A DNA stretch of 64,000 nucleotides. Origin: Eledone cirrhosa. Lineage: Eukaryota. The number at the start of each line of letters is the position of its first letter. The first letter of the stretch is position 1. Positions 46,601-58,400 of the stretch are shown here, piece after piece. A program made the position numbers and the translations under genes. Below the pieces are notes generated by a model. The model had not been told where the DNA came from. It worked only from the letters and a program-made list of their open reading frames with translations, and made no database searches. The stretch covers positions 131,998,001 to 132,062,000 of the forward strand of contig OZ024743.1 in the NCBI GenBank assembly GCA_964016885.1. The letters are read 5' to 3'.

Positions 46601-49170
46601 TTGGTGTTTGGTGCTGGGTGCTTAGTGTTTGGTGCTTGGTGCTTGGTGTTTGGTGTTTGGTGCTTGGTGCTTGGTGTTTGGTGTTTGGTGTTATATGCTT
46701 GGTGTTTGGTGCTTGGTGCTTGGTGTTTGGTGTTTGGTTCTTGATGCTTGGTATTTGGTGCTTGGTGCTTGCTGCTTGGTGTTTGGTGCTTGGTGATTGA
46801 TGCTTGGTGTTTGGTGCTTGGTGCTTGGTGTTTGGTTTTTGGTGCTAGGTGCTTGGTGCTTGGTGTTTGGTCCTTGGTGTTTGGTGTTTGGTGCTTGGTG
46901 CTTGGTGTTTGGTACTTGGTGCTTGGAGCTTGGTGTTTGGTGCTTAGTGCTTGGTGTTTGGTGTTTGGTGTTTGGTGCTTGGTGCTTGGTGTTTGGTGCT
47001 TGGTGCTTGGTGCTGGGTGGTTGGTGTTTGGTGCTTGGTGCTTGGTGTTTCGTGCTAGGTGCATGGTGCTTGGTGTTTGGTGCTTGGTGCTTGGTGCTTG
47101 GTCTTTGGTGTTTGGTGTTTATTGCTTGGTGCTTGGTGCTTGGTGCTTGGTGCTTGGTCCTTGGTGTTTGGTGCTTGGTGCTTGGTGCTTCGTGTTTGGT
47201 GTTTGGTGCTTGGTGCTTGGTGCTTCGTGTTTGGTGTTTGGTGCTTGGTGTCTGGAGCTTGGTGTTTGGTGTTTGGTGCTTGGTGTTTGGTGTTTGGTGC
47301 TTGGTGCTTGGTGTTTGGTGCTTGGTGCTTGGTGTTTGTACTTGGTGCTTGGTGCTTGGTGTTTGGTGCTTGGTTCTTGGTGTTTGGTGCTTGGTGTTTG
47401 GAGCTTGGTGCTTGGTGTTTGGTGCTTGGTGCTTGGTGTTTGTACTTGGTGCTTGGTGCTTGGTGTTTGGTGCTTGGTTCTTGGTGTTTGGTGCTTGGTG
47501 TTTGGAGCTTGGTGCTTGGTGTTTGGTGCTTGGTGCTTGGTGTTTGGTGTTTGGTGCTTGGTGTTTGGTGTTTGGTGCTTAGTGTTTGGTGTTTGGTGCT
47601 TGGTGCTTGGTGTTTGTTGCTTGGTACTTGGTGCATGGTGTTTGGTGCTGGGTGCTTGGTGTTTGGTGCTTGGTGTTTGGTGCTTGGTGCTTGGTGTTTG
47701 GTGTTTGGTGTTTGATGCTTGGTGTTTTATGCTTGGTGCTTGGTGTTTGGTGCTTGGTGTTTGTACTTGGTGCTTGGTGCTTGGTGTTTTGTGCTTGGTT
47801 CTTGGTGTTTGGTGTTTGGTGCTTTGTACTTGGTGCTTGGTGTTAGGTGTTTGGTGCTTGGTGCTTGGTGTTTGGTGTTTGGTCCTTGGTGCTTGGAGCT
47901 TGGTGTTTAGTGCTTGGTGCTTGGTGTTTGTTGTTTGGTGCTTTCTGTTTGCTGCTTGGTGTTTGCTGCTTGGTGCTTGGTGCTTGGTGTTTGGTGTTTG
48001 GTGCTAGGTGCTTGGTGTTTGGTGTTTGGTGTTTGATGCTTGGTGTTTGGTGCTTGGTGTTTGGTGCTTGGTGCTTGGGGCTTGGTGTTTGGTGCTTGGT
48101 GCTTGGTGCTTGGTGTTTGGTGCTTGGTGCTTGGTGTTTGGTTTTTGGTGTTTGGTGCTTGGTGCTTGGTGTTTGGTGCTTGGTGCTTGGTGCTGGGTGG
48201 TTGGTATTTGGTGATTGGTGCTTGGTGCTTGGTGTTTGGTGCTTGGTGCTTGGTGCTTGGTCTTTGGTGCTTGGTGTTTGGTGTTTGGTGCTTGGTGCTT
48301 TGTGTTTGGTGCTTGGTGATTAGTGTTTGGTGCTTGGTACTTGGTGTTTGGTGCTTGGTGTTTGGTGTTTGCTGTTTGGTGTTTGGTGTTTGGTGTTTGC
48401 TGTTTGGTGTCTGCTTTTTGGTGTTTGGTGTTTGCTGTATGGTGTTTGCTGTTTCGTGTTTGGTGTTTGCTGTTTGGTGTTTGGTGTTTGCTGTTTGGTG
48501 TTTGGTCTTTGGTGCTTGGTGTTTGGTGCTTGGTGCTTGGTGTTTGGTGTTTGGTGCTTGGTGCTTGGTGCTTGGTGTTTGGTGCTTGGTGTCTGGTGCT
48601 TGGTGTCTGGTGCTTGGTGTTTGGTGTTTGGTGTTTGGTGCTTGGTGTTTGGTGTTTGGTGTTTGGTGTTTGGTGCTTGTTGCTTGGTGCTTGGTGCTTG
48701 GTGTTTGGTGCTTGGTGCTTGGTGTTTGGTGCTGGGTGCTTGGTGTTTGGTGCTTGGTGCTTGGTGCTTGGTGTTTGGTGTTTGGTGTTTGGTGTTATAT
48801 GCTTGGTGTTTGATGCTTGGTGCTTGGTGCTTGGTGTTTGGTGTTTGGTGTTTGGTCCTTGGTGTTTTATGCTTGGTGTTTGATGTTTGGTGCTTGGTGC
48901 TTGGTGTTTGGTGCTTGGTGCTTGGTGTTTGTACTTGGTGCTTGGTGCTTGGTTCTTGGTGTTTGGTGCTTGGTGCTTGGTGCTTGGTGCTTGGTGTTTG
49001 GTGCTTGGTGTTTGGTGCTTGGTGTTTGGTGCTTGGTGCCTGGTGCTTGGTGCTTGGTGCTTGGTGTTTGGTGCTTGGTGTTTGCTGCTTGGTATTAGGT
49101 GTTTGGTGCTTGGTGCTTGGTGTTTGGTGTTTGGTGCTTGGTGTTTGGTGCTTGGTGTTTGGTGTTTGGT
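41640..49170. repeat. Tandem HOR, period about 3.3-3.4 kb (about 2.2 copies)
   Basis: ORF pairs 42363/45694 (+3331), 43340/46748 (+3408), 44318/47719 and 44922/48323 (+3401). Marker TTATTGC at 43711/47119. Confidence 0.88.
43900..44140. repeat. 104-bp (15 units including one 6-mer) sub-duplication TTGTAC...TTGGTTC...TTGGAGC, restricted to the right third of the window
   Basis: TTGTAC pairs 104 bp apart at 43928/44032, about 47336/47440, 52225/52329, 57469/57573 and 62092/62196. Confidence 0.85.
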
Positions 49171-52100
49171 GCTTGGTGTTTGGTGCTTGGTACTTGGTGC
49201 TTGGTGCTTGGTGTTAGGTGTTTGGTGCTTGGTGCTTGGTGTTTGGTTTTTGGTGCTTGGTGCTTGGTGTTTGGTGTTTGGTGCTTGCTGCTGGCTGCTT
49301 GGTGTTTGGTGCTTGGTGATTGGTGCTTGGTGTTTGGTGCTTGGTGTTTGGTGTTTGGTACTAGGTGCTTGGTGCTTGGTGTTTGGTGCTTGGTGCTTGG
49401 TGTTTGGTGCTTGGTGCTGGGTTCTGGGTGGTTGGTGTTTGGTGCTTGGTGTTTGGTGCTGGGTGCTTGGTGTTTGGTGCTTGGTGCTTGGTCTTTGGTG
49501 TTTGGTGTTTGGTGTTTGGTGCTTGGTGCTTGGTGCTTGGTGTTTGGTGCTTGGTGCTTGGTGTTTGGTGCTTGGTGCTTAGTGTTTGGTGCTAGGTGCT
49601 TGGGGTTTGGTGTTTGGTGCTTGGTGCTTGGTGTTTGGTGCTTGGTGCTTGGTGTTTGGTGTTTGGTGCTTGGTGCTTGGTGTTTGGTGTTTCCTGTTTG
49701 CTGTTTGGTGTTTGGTGTTTGGTGTTTGCTGTTTGGTGTTTGGTGTTTGGTGTTTGCTGTTTGGTGTCTGCTTTTTGGTGTTTGGTGTTTGCTGTATGTT
49801 ATTTGCTGTTTGGTGTTTGGTGTTTGGTGTTTGGTGCTGGGGTTCTTGGTGTTTGGTGCTTGGTGCTTGGTGTTTGGTGCCTGGTGCTTGGGGCTTGGTG
49901 TTTGGTGTTTGGTGCTTGGTGCTTGGAGTTTGGTGTTTGGTGCTTGGTGCTTGGTGTTTTGTGTTTGGTGTTTGGTTTTTGGTGCTTGGTGCTTGGTGCT
50001 TGGTGCTTGGTCCTTGGTGTTTGGTGCATGGTGCTTGGTGTTTGTACTTGGTGCTTGGTGCTTGGTGTTTGGTTCTTGGTTCTTGGTGTTTGGTACTTGG
50101 TGCTTGGTGCTTGGTGTTTGGTGCTTGGTGCTTGGTGTTTGGTGTTTGGTGTTTGGTGCTTGGTGCTTGGTGTTTGGTGCTTGGTGCTTGGTGCTGGGTG
50201 GTTGGTATTTGGTGCTTGGTGCTTGGTGTTTGGTGCTTGGTGCTTGGTGCTTGGTGTTTGGTGCTTGGTGCTTGGTGCTTGGTCTTTGGTGCTTGGTGTT
50301 TGGTGTTTGGTGCTTGGTGCTTTGTGTTTGGTGCTTGGTGATTAGTGTTTGGTGCTTGGTGCTTGGGGTTTGGTGTTTGGTGCTTGGTACTTGGTGTTTG
50401 GTGCTTGGTGTTTGGTGTTTGCTGTTTGGTGTTTGGTGTTTGGTGTTTGCTGTTTGGTGTCTGCTTTTTGGTGTTTGGTGTTTGCTGTATGATGTTTGCT
50501 GTTTCGTGTTTGGTGTTTGCTGTTTGGTGTTTGGTGTTTGCTGTTTGGTGTTTGGTCTTTGGTGCTTGGTGTTTGGTGCTTGGTGCTGGGTGTTTGGTGT
50601 TTGGTGCTTGGTGTTTGGTGTTTGGTGCTTGGTGCTTGGTGCTTGGTGTTTGCTGTTTGGTGTTTGGTGCTTGGTGTCTGGTGCTTGGTGTTTGGTGTTT
50701 GGTGTTTGGTGCTTGGTGTTTGGTGTTTGGTGTTTGGTGCTTGTTGCTTGGTGCTTGGTGCTTGGTGTTTGGTGCTTGGTGCTTGGTGTTTGGTGCTGGG
50801 TGCTTGGTGTTTGGTGCTTGGTGCTTGGTGCTTGGTGTTTGGTGTTTGGTGCTAGGTGCTTGGTGTTTGGTGTTTGGTGTTTGATGCTTGGTGTTTGGTG
50901 CTTGGTGTTTGGTGCTTGGTGCTTGGGGCTTGGTGTTTGGTGCTTGGTGCTTGGTGCTTGGTGTTTGGTGCTTGGTGCTTGGTGTTTGGTGTTTGGTGTT
51001 TGGTGCTTGGTGCTTGGTGTTTGGTGCTTGGTGCTTGGTGCTGGGTGGTTGGTATTTGGTGCTTGGTGCTTGGTGTTTGGTGCTTGGTGCTTGGTGCTTG
51101 GTGTTTGGTGCTTGGTGCTTGGTGCTTGGTCTTTGGTGCTTGGTGTTTGGTGTTTGGTGCTTGGTGCTTTGTGTTTGGTGCTTCGTGATTAGTGTTTGGT
51201 GCTTGGTACTTGGTGTTTGGTGCTTGGTGTTAGGTGTTTGCTGTTTGGTGTTTGGTGTTTGGTGTTTGCTGTTTGGTGTCTGCTTTTTGGTGTTTGGTGT
51301 TTGCTGTATGGTGTTTGCTGTTTCGTGTCTGGTGTTTGCTGTTTGGTGTTTGGTGTTTGCTGTTTGGTGTTTGGTCTTTGGTGCTTGGTGTTTGGTGCTT
51401 GGTGCTTGGTGTTTGGTGTTTGGTGCTTGGTGTTTGGTGTTTGGTGCTTGGTGCTTGGTGCTTGGTGTTTGGTGCTTGGTGTCTGGTGCTTGGTGTCTGG
51501 TGCTTGGTGTTTGGTGTTTGGTGTTTGGTGCTTGGTGTTTGGTGTTTGGTGTTTGGTGTTTGGTGCTTGTTGCTTGGTGCTTGGTGCTTGGTGTTTGGTG
51601 CTTGGTGCTTGGTGTTTGGTGCTGGGTGCTTGGTGTTTGGTGCTTGGTGCTTGGTGTTTGGTGTTTGGTGCTTGGTGCTTGGTGTTTGGTGTTTGGTGTT
51701 ATATGCTTGGTGTTTGGTGCTTGGTGCTTGGTGTTTGGTGTTTGGTTCTTGATGCTTGGTATTTGGTGCTTGGTGCTTGCTGCTTGGTGTTTGGTGCTTG
51801 GTGATTGATGCTTGGTGTTTGGTGCTTGGTGCTTGGTGTTTGGTTTTTGGTGCTAGGTGCTTGGTGCTTGGTGTTTGGTGCTTGGTGTTTGGTGTTTGGT
51901 GCTTGGTGCTTGGTGTTTGGTACTTGGTGCTTGGAGCTTGGTGTTTGGTGCTTAGTGCTTGGTGTTTGGTGTTTGGTGTTTGGTGCTTGGTGCTTGGTGT
52001 TTGGTGCTTGGTGCTTGGTGCTGGGTGGTTGGTGTTTGGTGCTTGGTGCTTGGTGTTTCGTGCTAGGTGCATGGTGCTTGGTGTTTGGTGCTTGGTGCTT

Positions 52101-52451
52101 GGTGCTTGGTGCTTCGTGTTTGGTGTTTGGTGCTTGGTGTCTGGAGCTTGGTGTTTGGTGTTTGGTGCTTGGTGTTTGGTGTTTGGTGCTTGGTGCTTGG
52201 TGTTTGGTGCTTGGTGCTTGGTGTTTGTACTTGTTGCTTGGTGCTTGGTGTTTGGTGCTTGGTTCTTGGTGTTTGGTGCTTGGTGTTTGGAGCTTGGTGC
52301 TTGGTGTTTGGTGCTTGGTGCTTGGTGTTTGTACTTGGTGCTTGGTGCTTGGTGTTTGGTGCTTGGTTCTTGGTGTTTGGTGCTTGGTGTTTGGAGCTTG
52401 GTGCTTGGTGTTTGGTGCTTGGTGCTTGGTGTTTGGTGTTTGGTGCTTGGT

Positions 52452-55400
52452 GCTTGGTGTTTGGTGTTTGGTGCTTGGTGTTTGGTGTTTGGTGCTTGGT
52501 GCTTGGTGTTTGGTGCTTGGTGCTTGGTGTTTGTACTTGGTGCTTGGTGCTTGGTGTTTGGGGCTTGGTTCTTGGTGTTTGGTGCTTGGTGTTTGGTGCT
52601 TGGTGCTTGGTGTTTGGTGGTTGGTGCTTGGTGTTTGGTGTTTGGTGCTTGGTGCTTGGTGCTTGGTGTTTGGTGTTTGGTGCTTGGTGCTTGGTGTTTG
52701 GTGTTTGGTTCTTGGTGCTTGGTATTTGGTGCTTGGTGCTTGCTGCTTGGTGTTTGGTGCTTGGTGATTGATGCTTGGTGTTTGATGCTTGGTGCTTGGT
52801 GTTTGGTTTTTGGTGCTAGGTGCTTGGTGCTTGGTGTTTGGTGCTTGGTGTTTGGTGTTTGCTGCTTGGTGCTTGGGGCTTGGTGTTTGGTACTTGGTGC
52901 TTGGTGCTTGGTGTTTGGTGCTTGGTGCTTGGTGTATGGTGTTTGGTGTTTGGTGCTTGGTGTTTGGTGTTTGGTGCTTGGTGCTTGGTGTTTGTTGCTT
53001 GGTACTTGGTACATGGTGTTTGGTGCTGGGTGCTTGGTGTTTGGTGCTTGGTGCTTGGTGTTTGGTGTTTGGTGCTTGGTGTTTGGTGTTTGGTGCTTGG
53101 TGCTTGGTGTTTGTTGCTTGGTACTTGGTGCATGGTGTTTGGTGCTGGGTGCTTGGTGTTTGGTGCTTGGTGTTTGGTGCTTAGTGCTTGGTGTTTGGTG
53201 TTTGGTGTTTGATGCTTGGTGTTTGATGCTTGGTGCTTGGTGCTTGGTGTTTGGTGCTTGGTGTTTGTACTTGGTGCTTGGTGTTTTGTGCTTGGTTCTT
53301 TGTGTTTGGTGTTTGGTGCTTGGTGCTTGGTGCTTGGTGTTAGGTGTTTGGTGCTTGGTGCTTGGTGTTTGGTGTTTGGTCCTTGGTGCTTGGTGTTTAG
53401 TGCTTGGTGCTTGGTGTTTGTTGTTTGGTGCTTTCTGCTTGCTGCTTGGCGTTTGGTGCTTGGTGCTTGGTGCTTGGTGTTTGGTGTTTGGTGCTAGGTG
53501 CTTGGTGTTTGGTGTTTGGTGTTTGGTGCTTGGTGCTTGGTGTTTGGTGCTTGGTGCTTGGTGTTTGGTGTTTGGTGTTTGGTGCTTGGTGCTTGGTGTT
53601 TGGTGCTTGGTGCTTGGTGCTGGGTGGTTGGTATTTGGTGCTTGGTGCTTGGTGTTTGGTGCTTGGTGCTTGGTGCTTGGTGTTTGGTGCTTGGTGCTTG
53701 GTGCTTGGTCTTTGGTGCTTGGTGTTTGGTGCTTGGTGCTTGGTGCTTGGTGTTTGGTGCTTGGTGATTAGTGTTTGGTGCTTGGTGCTTGGGGTTTGGT
53801 GTTTGGTGCTTGGTACTTGGTGTTTGGTGCTTGTTGTTTGGTGTTTGCTGTATGGTGTTTGCTGTTTGGTGTTTGGTGTTTGCTGTTTGGTGTTTGGTGT
53901 TTGCTGTTTGGTCTTTGGTGCTTGGTGTTTGGTGCTTGGTGCTTGGTGTTTGGTGTTTGGTGCTTGGTGCTTGGTGTTTGGTGTTTGTTGCTTGGTGCTT
54001 GGTGCTTGGTGTTTGGTGTTTGGTGTTTGGTGCTTGGTGTCTGGTGCTTGGTGTTTGGTGTTTGGTGTTTGGTGCTTGGTGTTTGGTGTTTGGTGTTTGG
54101 TGCTTGGTGTTTGGTGTTTGGTGTTTGGTGTTTGGTGCTTGTTGCTTGGTGCTTGGTGCTTGGTGTTTGGTTCTTGGTTCTTGGTGTTTGGTACTTGGTG
54201 CTTGGTGTTTGGTGCTGGGTGCTTGGTGTTTGGTGCTTGGTGCTTGGTGCTTGCTGTTTGGTGTTTGGTGCTTGGTGCTTGGTGTTTGGTGTTTGGTGTT
54301 ATATGCTTGGTGTGTGATGCTTGGTGCTTGGTGCTTGGTATTTGGTGTTTGGTGCTTGGTGTTTGTACTTGGTGCTTGGTTCTTGGTTCTTGGTGCTTGG
54401 TGCTTGGTGCTTGGTGCTTGGTGCTTGGTGTTTGGTGCTTGTTGTTTGGTGCTTGGTGTTTGGTGCTTGGTGCCTGGTGCTTGGTGCTTGGTGCTTGGTG
54501 TTTGGTGCTTGGTGTTTGGTGCTTGGTGTTAGGTGTTTGGTGCTTGGTGCTTGGTGTTTGGTGTTTGGTGCTTGGTGTTTGGTGCTTGGTGCTTGGTGTA
54601 TGGTGTTTGGTGCTTGGTGTTTGTTGCTTGGTACTTGGTGCTTGGTGCTTGGTGTTAGGTCTTTGGTGCTTGGTGCTTGGTGTTTGGTTTTTGGTGCTTG
54701 GTGCTTGGTGTTTGGTGTTTGGTGCTTGCTGCTGGCTGCTTGGTGTTTGGTGCTTGGTGATTGGTGCTTGGTGTTTGGTGCTTGGTGTTTGGTGTTTGGT
54801 ACTAGGTGCTTGGTGTTTGGTGTTTGGTGCTTGGTGCTTGGTGTTTCGTGTTTCGTGTTTGGTGCTTGGTGCTTGGTGCTTGGTGCTGGGTGGTTGGTGT
54901 TTGGTGCTTGGTGATTAGTGTTTGGTGCTAGGTGCTTGGGGTTTGGTGTTTGGTGCTTGGTGCTTGGTGTTTGGTGCTTGGTGCTTGGTGTTTGGTGCTT
55001 GGTGCTTGGAGTTTGGTGCTTGGTGCTTGGTGCTGGGTGGTTGGTATTTGGTGATTGGTGCTTGGTGCTTGGTGTTTGGTGCTTGGCGCTTGGTGCTTGG
55101 TCTTTGGTGCTTGGTGTTTGGTGTTTGGTGCTTGGTGCTTTGTGTTTGGTGCTTGGTGATTAGTGTTTGGTGCTTGGTACTTGGTGTTTGGTGCTTGGTG
55201 TTTGGTGTTTGCTGTTTGGTGTTTGGTGTTTGGTGTTTGCTGTTTGGTGTCTGCTTTCTGGTGTTTGGTGTTTGCTGTATGGTGTTTGCTGTTTGGTGTT
55301 TGGTGTTTGCTGTTTGGTGTTTGGTGTTTGCTGTTTGGTGTTTGGTCTTTGGTGCTTGGTGTTTGGTGCTTGGTGCTTGGTGTTTGGTGTTTGGTGCTTG

Positions 55401-58400
55401 GTGCTTGGTGCTTGGTGTTTGGTGCTTGGTGTCTGGTGCTTGGTGTCTGGTGCTTGGTGTTTGGTGTTTGGTGTTTGGTGCTTGGTGTTTGGTGTTTGGT
55501 GTTTGGTGTTTGGTGCTTGTTGCTTGGTGCTTGGTGCTTGGTGTTTGGTGCTTGGTGCTTGGTGTTTGGTGCTGGGTGCTTGGTGTTTGGTGCTTGGTGC
55601 TTGGTGCTTGGTGTTTGGTGTTTGGTGTTTGGTGTTATATGCTTGGTGTTTGATGCTTGGTGCTTGGTGCTTGGTGTTTGGTGTTTGGTCCTTGGTGTTT
55701 TATGCTTGGTGTTTGATGTTTGGTGCTTGGTGCTTGGTGTTTGGTGCTTGGTGCTTGGTGTTTGTACTTGGTGCTTGGTGCTTGGTTCTTGGTGTTTGGT
55801 GCTTGGTGCTTGGTGCTTGGTGCTTGGTGTTTGGTGCTTGGTGTTTGGTGGTTGGTGTTTGGTGCTTGGTGCCTGGTGCTTGGTGCTTGGTGCTTGGTGT
55901 TTGGTGCTTGGTGTTTGCTGCTTGGTATTAGGTGTTTGGTGCTTGGTGCTTGGTGTTTGGTGTTTGGTGCTTGGTGTTTGGTGCTTGGTGTTTGGTGTTT
56001 GGTGCTAGGTGCTTGGTGTTTGGTGTTTGGTGTTTGATGCTTGGTGTTTGGTGCTTGGTGTTTGGTGCTTGGTGCTTGGGGCTTGGTGTTTGGTGCTTGG
56101 TGCTTGGTGCTTGGTGTTTGGTGCTTGGTGCTTGGTGTTTGGTGTTTGGTGTTTGGTGCTTGGTGCTTGGTGTTTGGTGCTTGGTGCTTGGTGCTGGGTG
56201 GTTGGTATTTGGTGCTTGGTGCTTGGTGTTTGGTGCTTGGTGCTTGGTGCTTGGTGTTTGGTGCTTGGTGCTTGGTGCTTGGTCTTTGGTGCTTGGTGTT
56301 TGGTGTTTGGTGCTTGGTGCTTTGTGTTTGGTGCTTGGTGATTAGTGTTTGGTGCTTGGTACTTGGTGTTTGGTGCTTGGTGTTAGGTGTTTGCTGTTTG
56401 GTGTTTGGTGTTTGGTGTTTGCTGTTTGGTGTCTGCTTTTTGGTGTTTGGTGTTTGCTGTATGGTGTTTGCTGTTTCGTGTCTGGTGTTTGCTGTTTGGT
56501 GTTTGGTGTTTGCTGTTTGGTGTTTGGTCTTTGGTGCTTGGTGTTTGGTGCTTGGTGCTTGGTGTTTGGTGTTTGGTGCTTGGTGTTTGGTGTTTGGTGC
56601 TTGGTGCTTGGTGCTTGGTGTTTGGTGCTTGGTGTCTGGTGCTTGGTGTCTGGTGCTTGGTGTTTGGTGTTTGGTGTTTGGTGCTTGGTGTTTGGTGTTT
56701 GGTGTTTGGTGTTTGGTGCTTGTTGCTTGGTGCTTGGTGCTTGGTGTTTGGTGCTTGGTGCTTGGTGTTTGGTGCTGGGTGCTTGGTGTTTGGTGCTTGG
56801 TGCTTGGTGTTTGGTGTTTGGTGCTTGGTGCTTGGTGTTTGGTGTTTGGTGTTATATGCTTGGTGTTTGGTGCTTGGTGCTTGGTGTTTGGTGTTTGGTT
56901 CTTGATGCTTGGTATTTGGTGCTTGGTGCTTGCTGCTTGGTGTTTGGTGCTTGGTGATTGATGCTTGGTGTTTGGTGCTTGGTGCTTGGTGTTTGGTTTT
57001 TGGTGCTAGGTGCTTGGTGCTTGGTGTTTGGTGCTTGGTGTTTGGTGTTTGGTGCTTGGTGCTTGGTGTTTGGTACTTGGTGCTTGGAGCTTGGCGTTTG
57101 GTGCTTAGTGCTTGGTGTTTGGTGTTTGGTGCTTGGTGCTTGGTGCTGGGTGGTTGGTGTTTGGTGCTTGGTGCTTGGTGTTTCGTGCTAGGTGCATGGT
57201 GCTTGGTGTTTGGTGCTTGGTGCTTGGTGCTTGGTCTTTGGTGTTTGGTGTTTATTGCTTGGTGCTTGGTGCTTGGTGCTTGGTGCTTGGTCCTTGGTGT
57301 TTGGTGCTTGGTGCTTGGTGTTTGGTGTTTGGTGCTTGGTGCTTGGTGCTTCGTGTTTGGTGTTTGGTGCTTGGTGTCTGGAGCTTGGTGTTTGGTGTTT
57401 GGTGCTTGGTGCTTGGTGTTTGGTGTTTGGTGCTTGGTGCTTGGTGTTTGGTGCTTGGTGCTTGGTGTTTGTACTTGGTGCTTGGTGCTTGGTGTTTGGT
57501 GCTTGGTTCTTGGTGTTTGGTGCTTGGTGTTTGGAGCTTGGTGCTTGGTGTTTGGTGCTTGGTGCTTGGTGTTTGTACTTGGTGCTTGGTGCTTGGTGTT
57601 TGGTGCTTGGTTCTTGGTGTTTGGTGCTTGGTGTTTGGAGCTTGGTGCTTGGTGTTTGGTGCTTGGTGCTTGGTGTTTGGTGTTTGGTGCTTGGTGCTTG
57701 GTGTTTGGTGTTTGGTGCTTAGTGTTTGGTGTTTGGTGCTTGGTGCTTGGTGTTTGTTGCTTGGTACTTGGTGCATGGTGTTTGGTGCTGGGTGCTTGGT
57801 GTTTGGTGCTTGGTGTTTGGTGCTTGGTGCTTGGTGTTTGGTGTTTGGTGTTTGATGCTTGGTGTTTTATGCTTGGTGCTTGGTGTTTGGTGCTTGGTGT
57901 TTGTACTTGGTGCTTGGTGCTTGGTGTTTTGTGCTTGGTTCTTGGTGTTTGGTGTTTGGTGCTTTGTACTTGGTGCTTGGTGTTAGGTGTTTGGTGCTTG
58001 GTGCTTGGTGTTTGGTGTTTCGTCCTTGGTGCTTGGTGCTTGGTGTTTGGTGTTTGATGCTTGGTGTTTGGTGCTTGGTGTTTGGTGCTTGGTGCTTGGG
58101 GCTTGGTGTTTGGTGCTTGGTGCTTGGTGCTTGGTGTTTGGTGCTTGGTGCTTGGTGTTTGGTGTTTGGTGTTTGGTGCTTGGTGCTTGGTGTTTGGTGC
58201 TTGGTGCTTGGTGCTGGGTGGTTGGTATTTGGTGATTGGTGCTTGGTGCTTGGTGTTTGGTGCTTGGTGCTTGGTGCTTGGTCTTTGGTGCTTGGTGTTT
58301 GGTGTTTGGTGCTTGGTGCTTTGTGTTTGGTGCTTGGTGATTAGTGTTTGGTGCTTGGTACTTGGTGTTTGGTGCTTGGTGTTTGGTGTTTGCTGTTTGG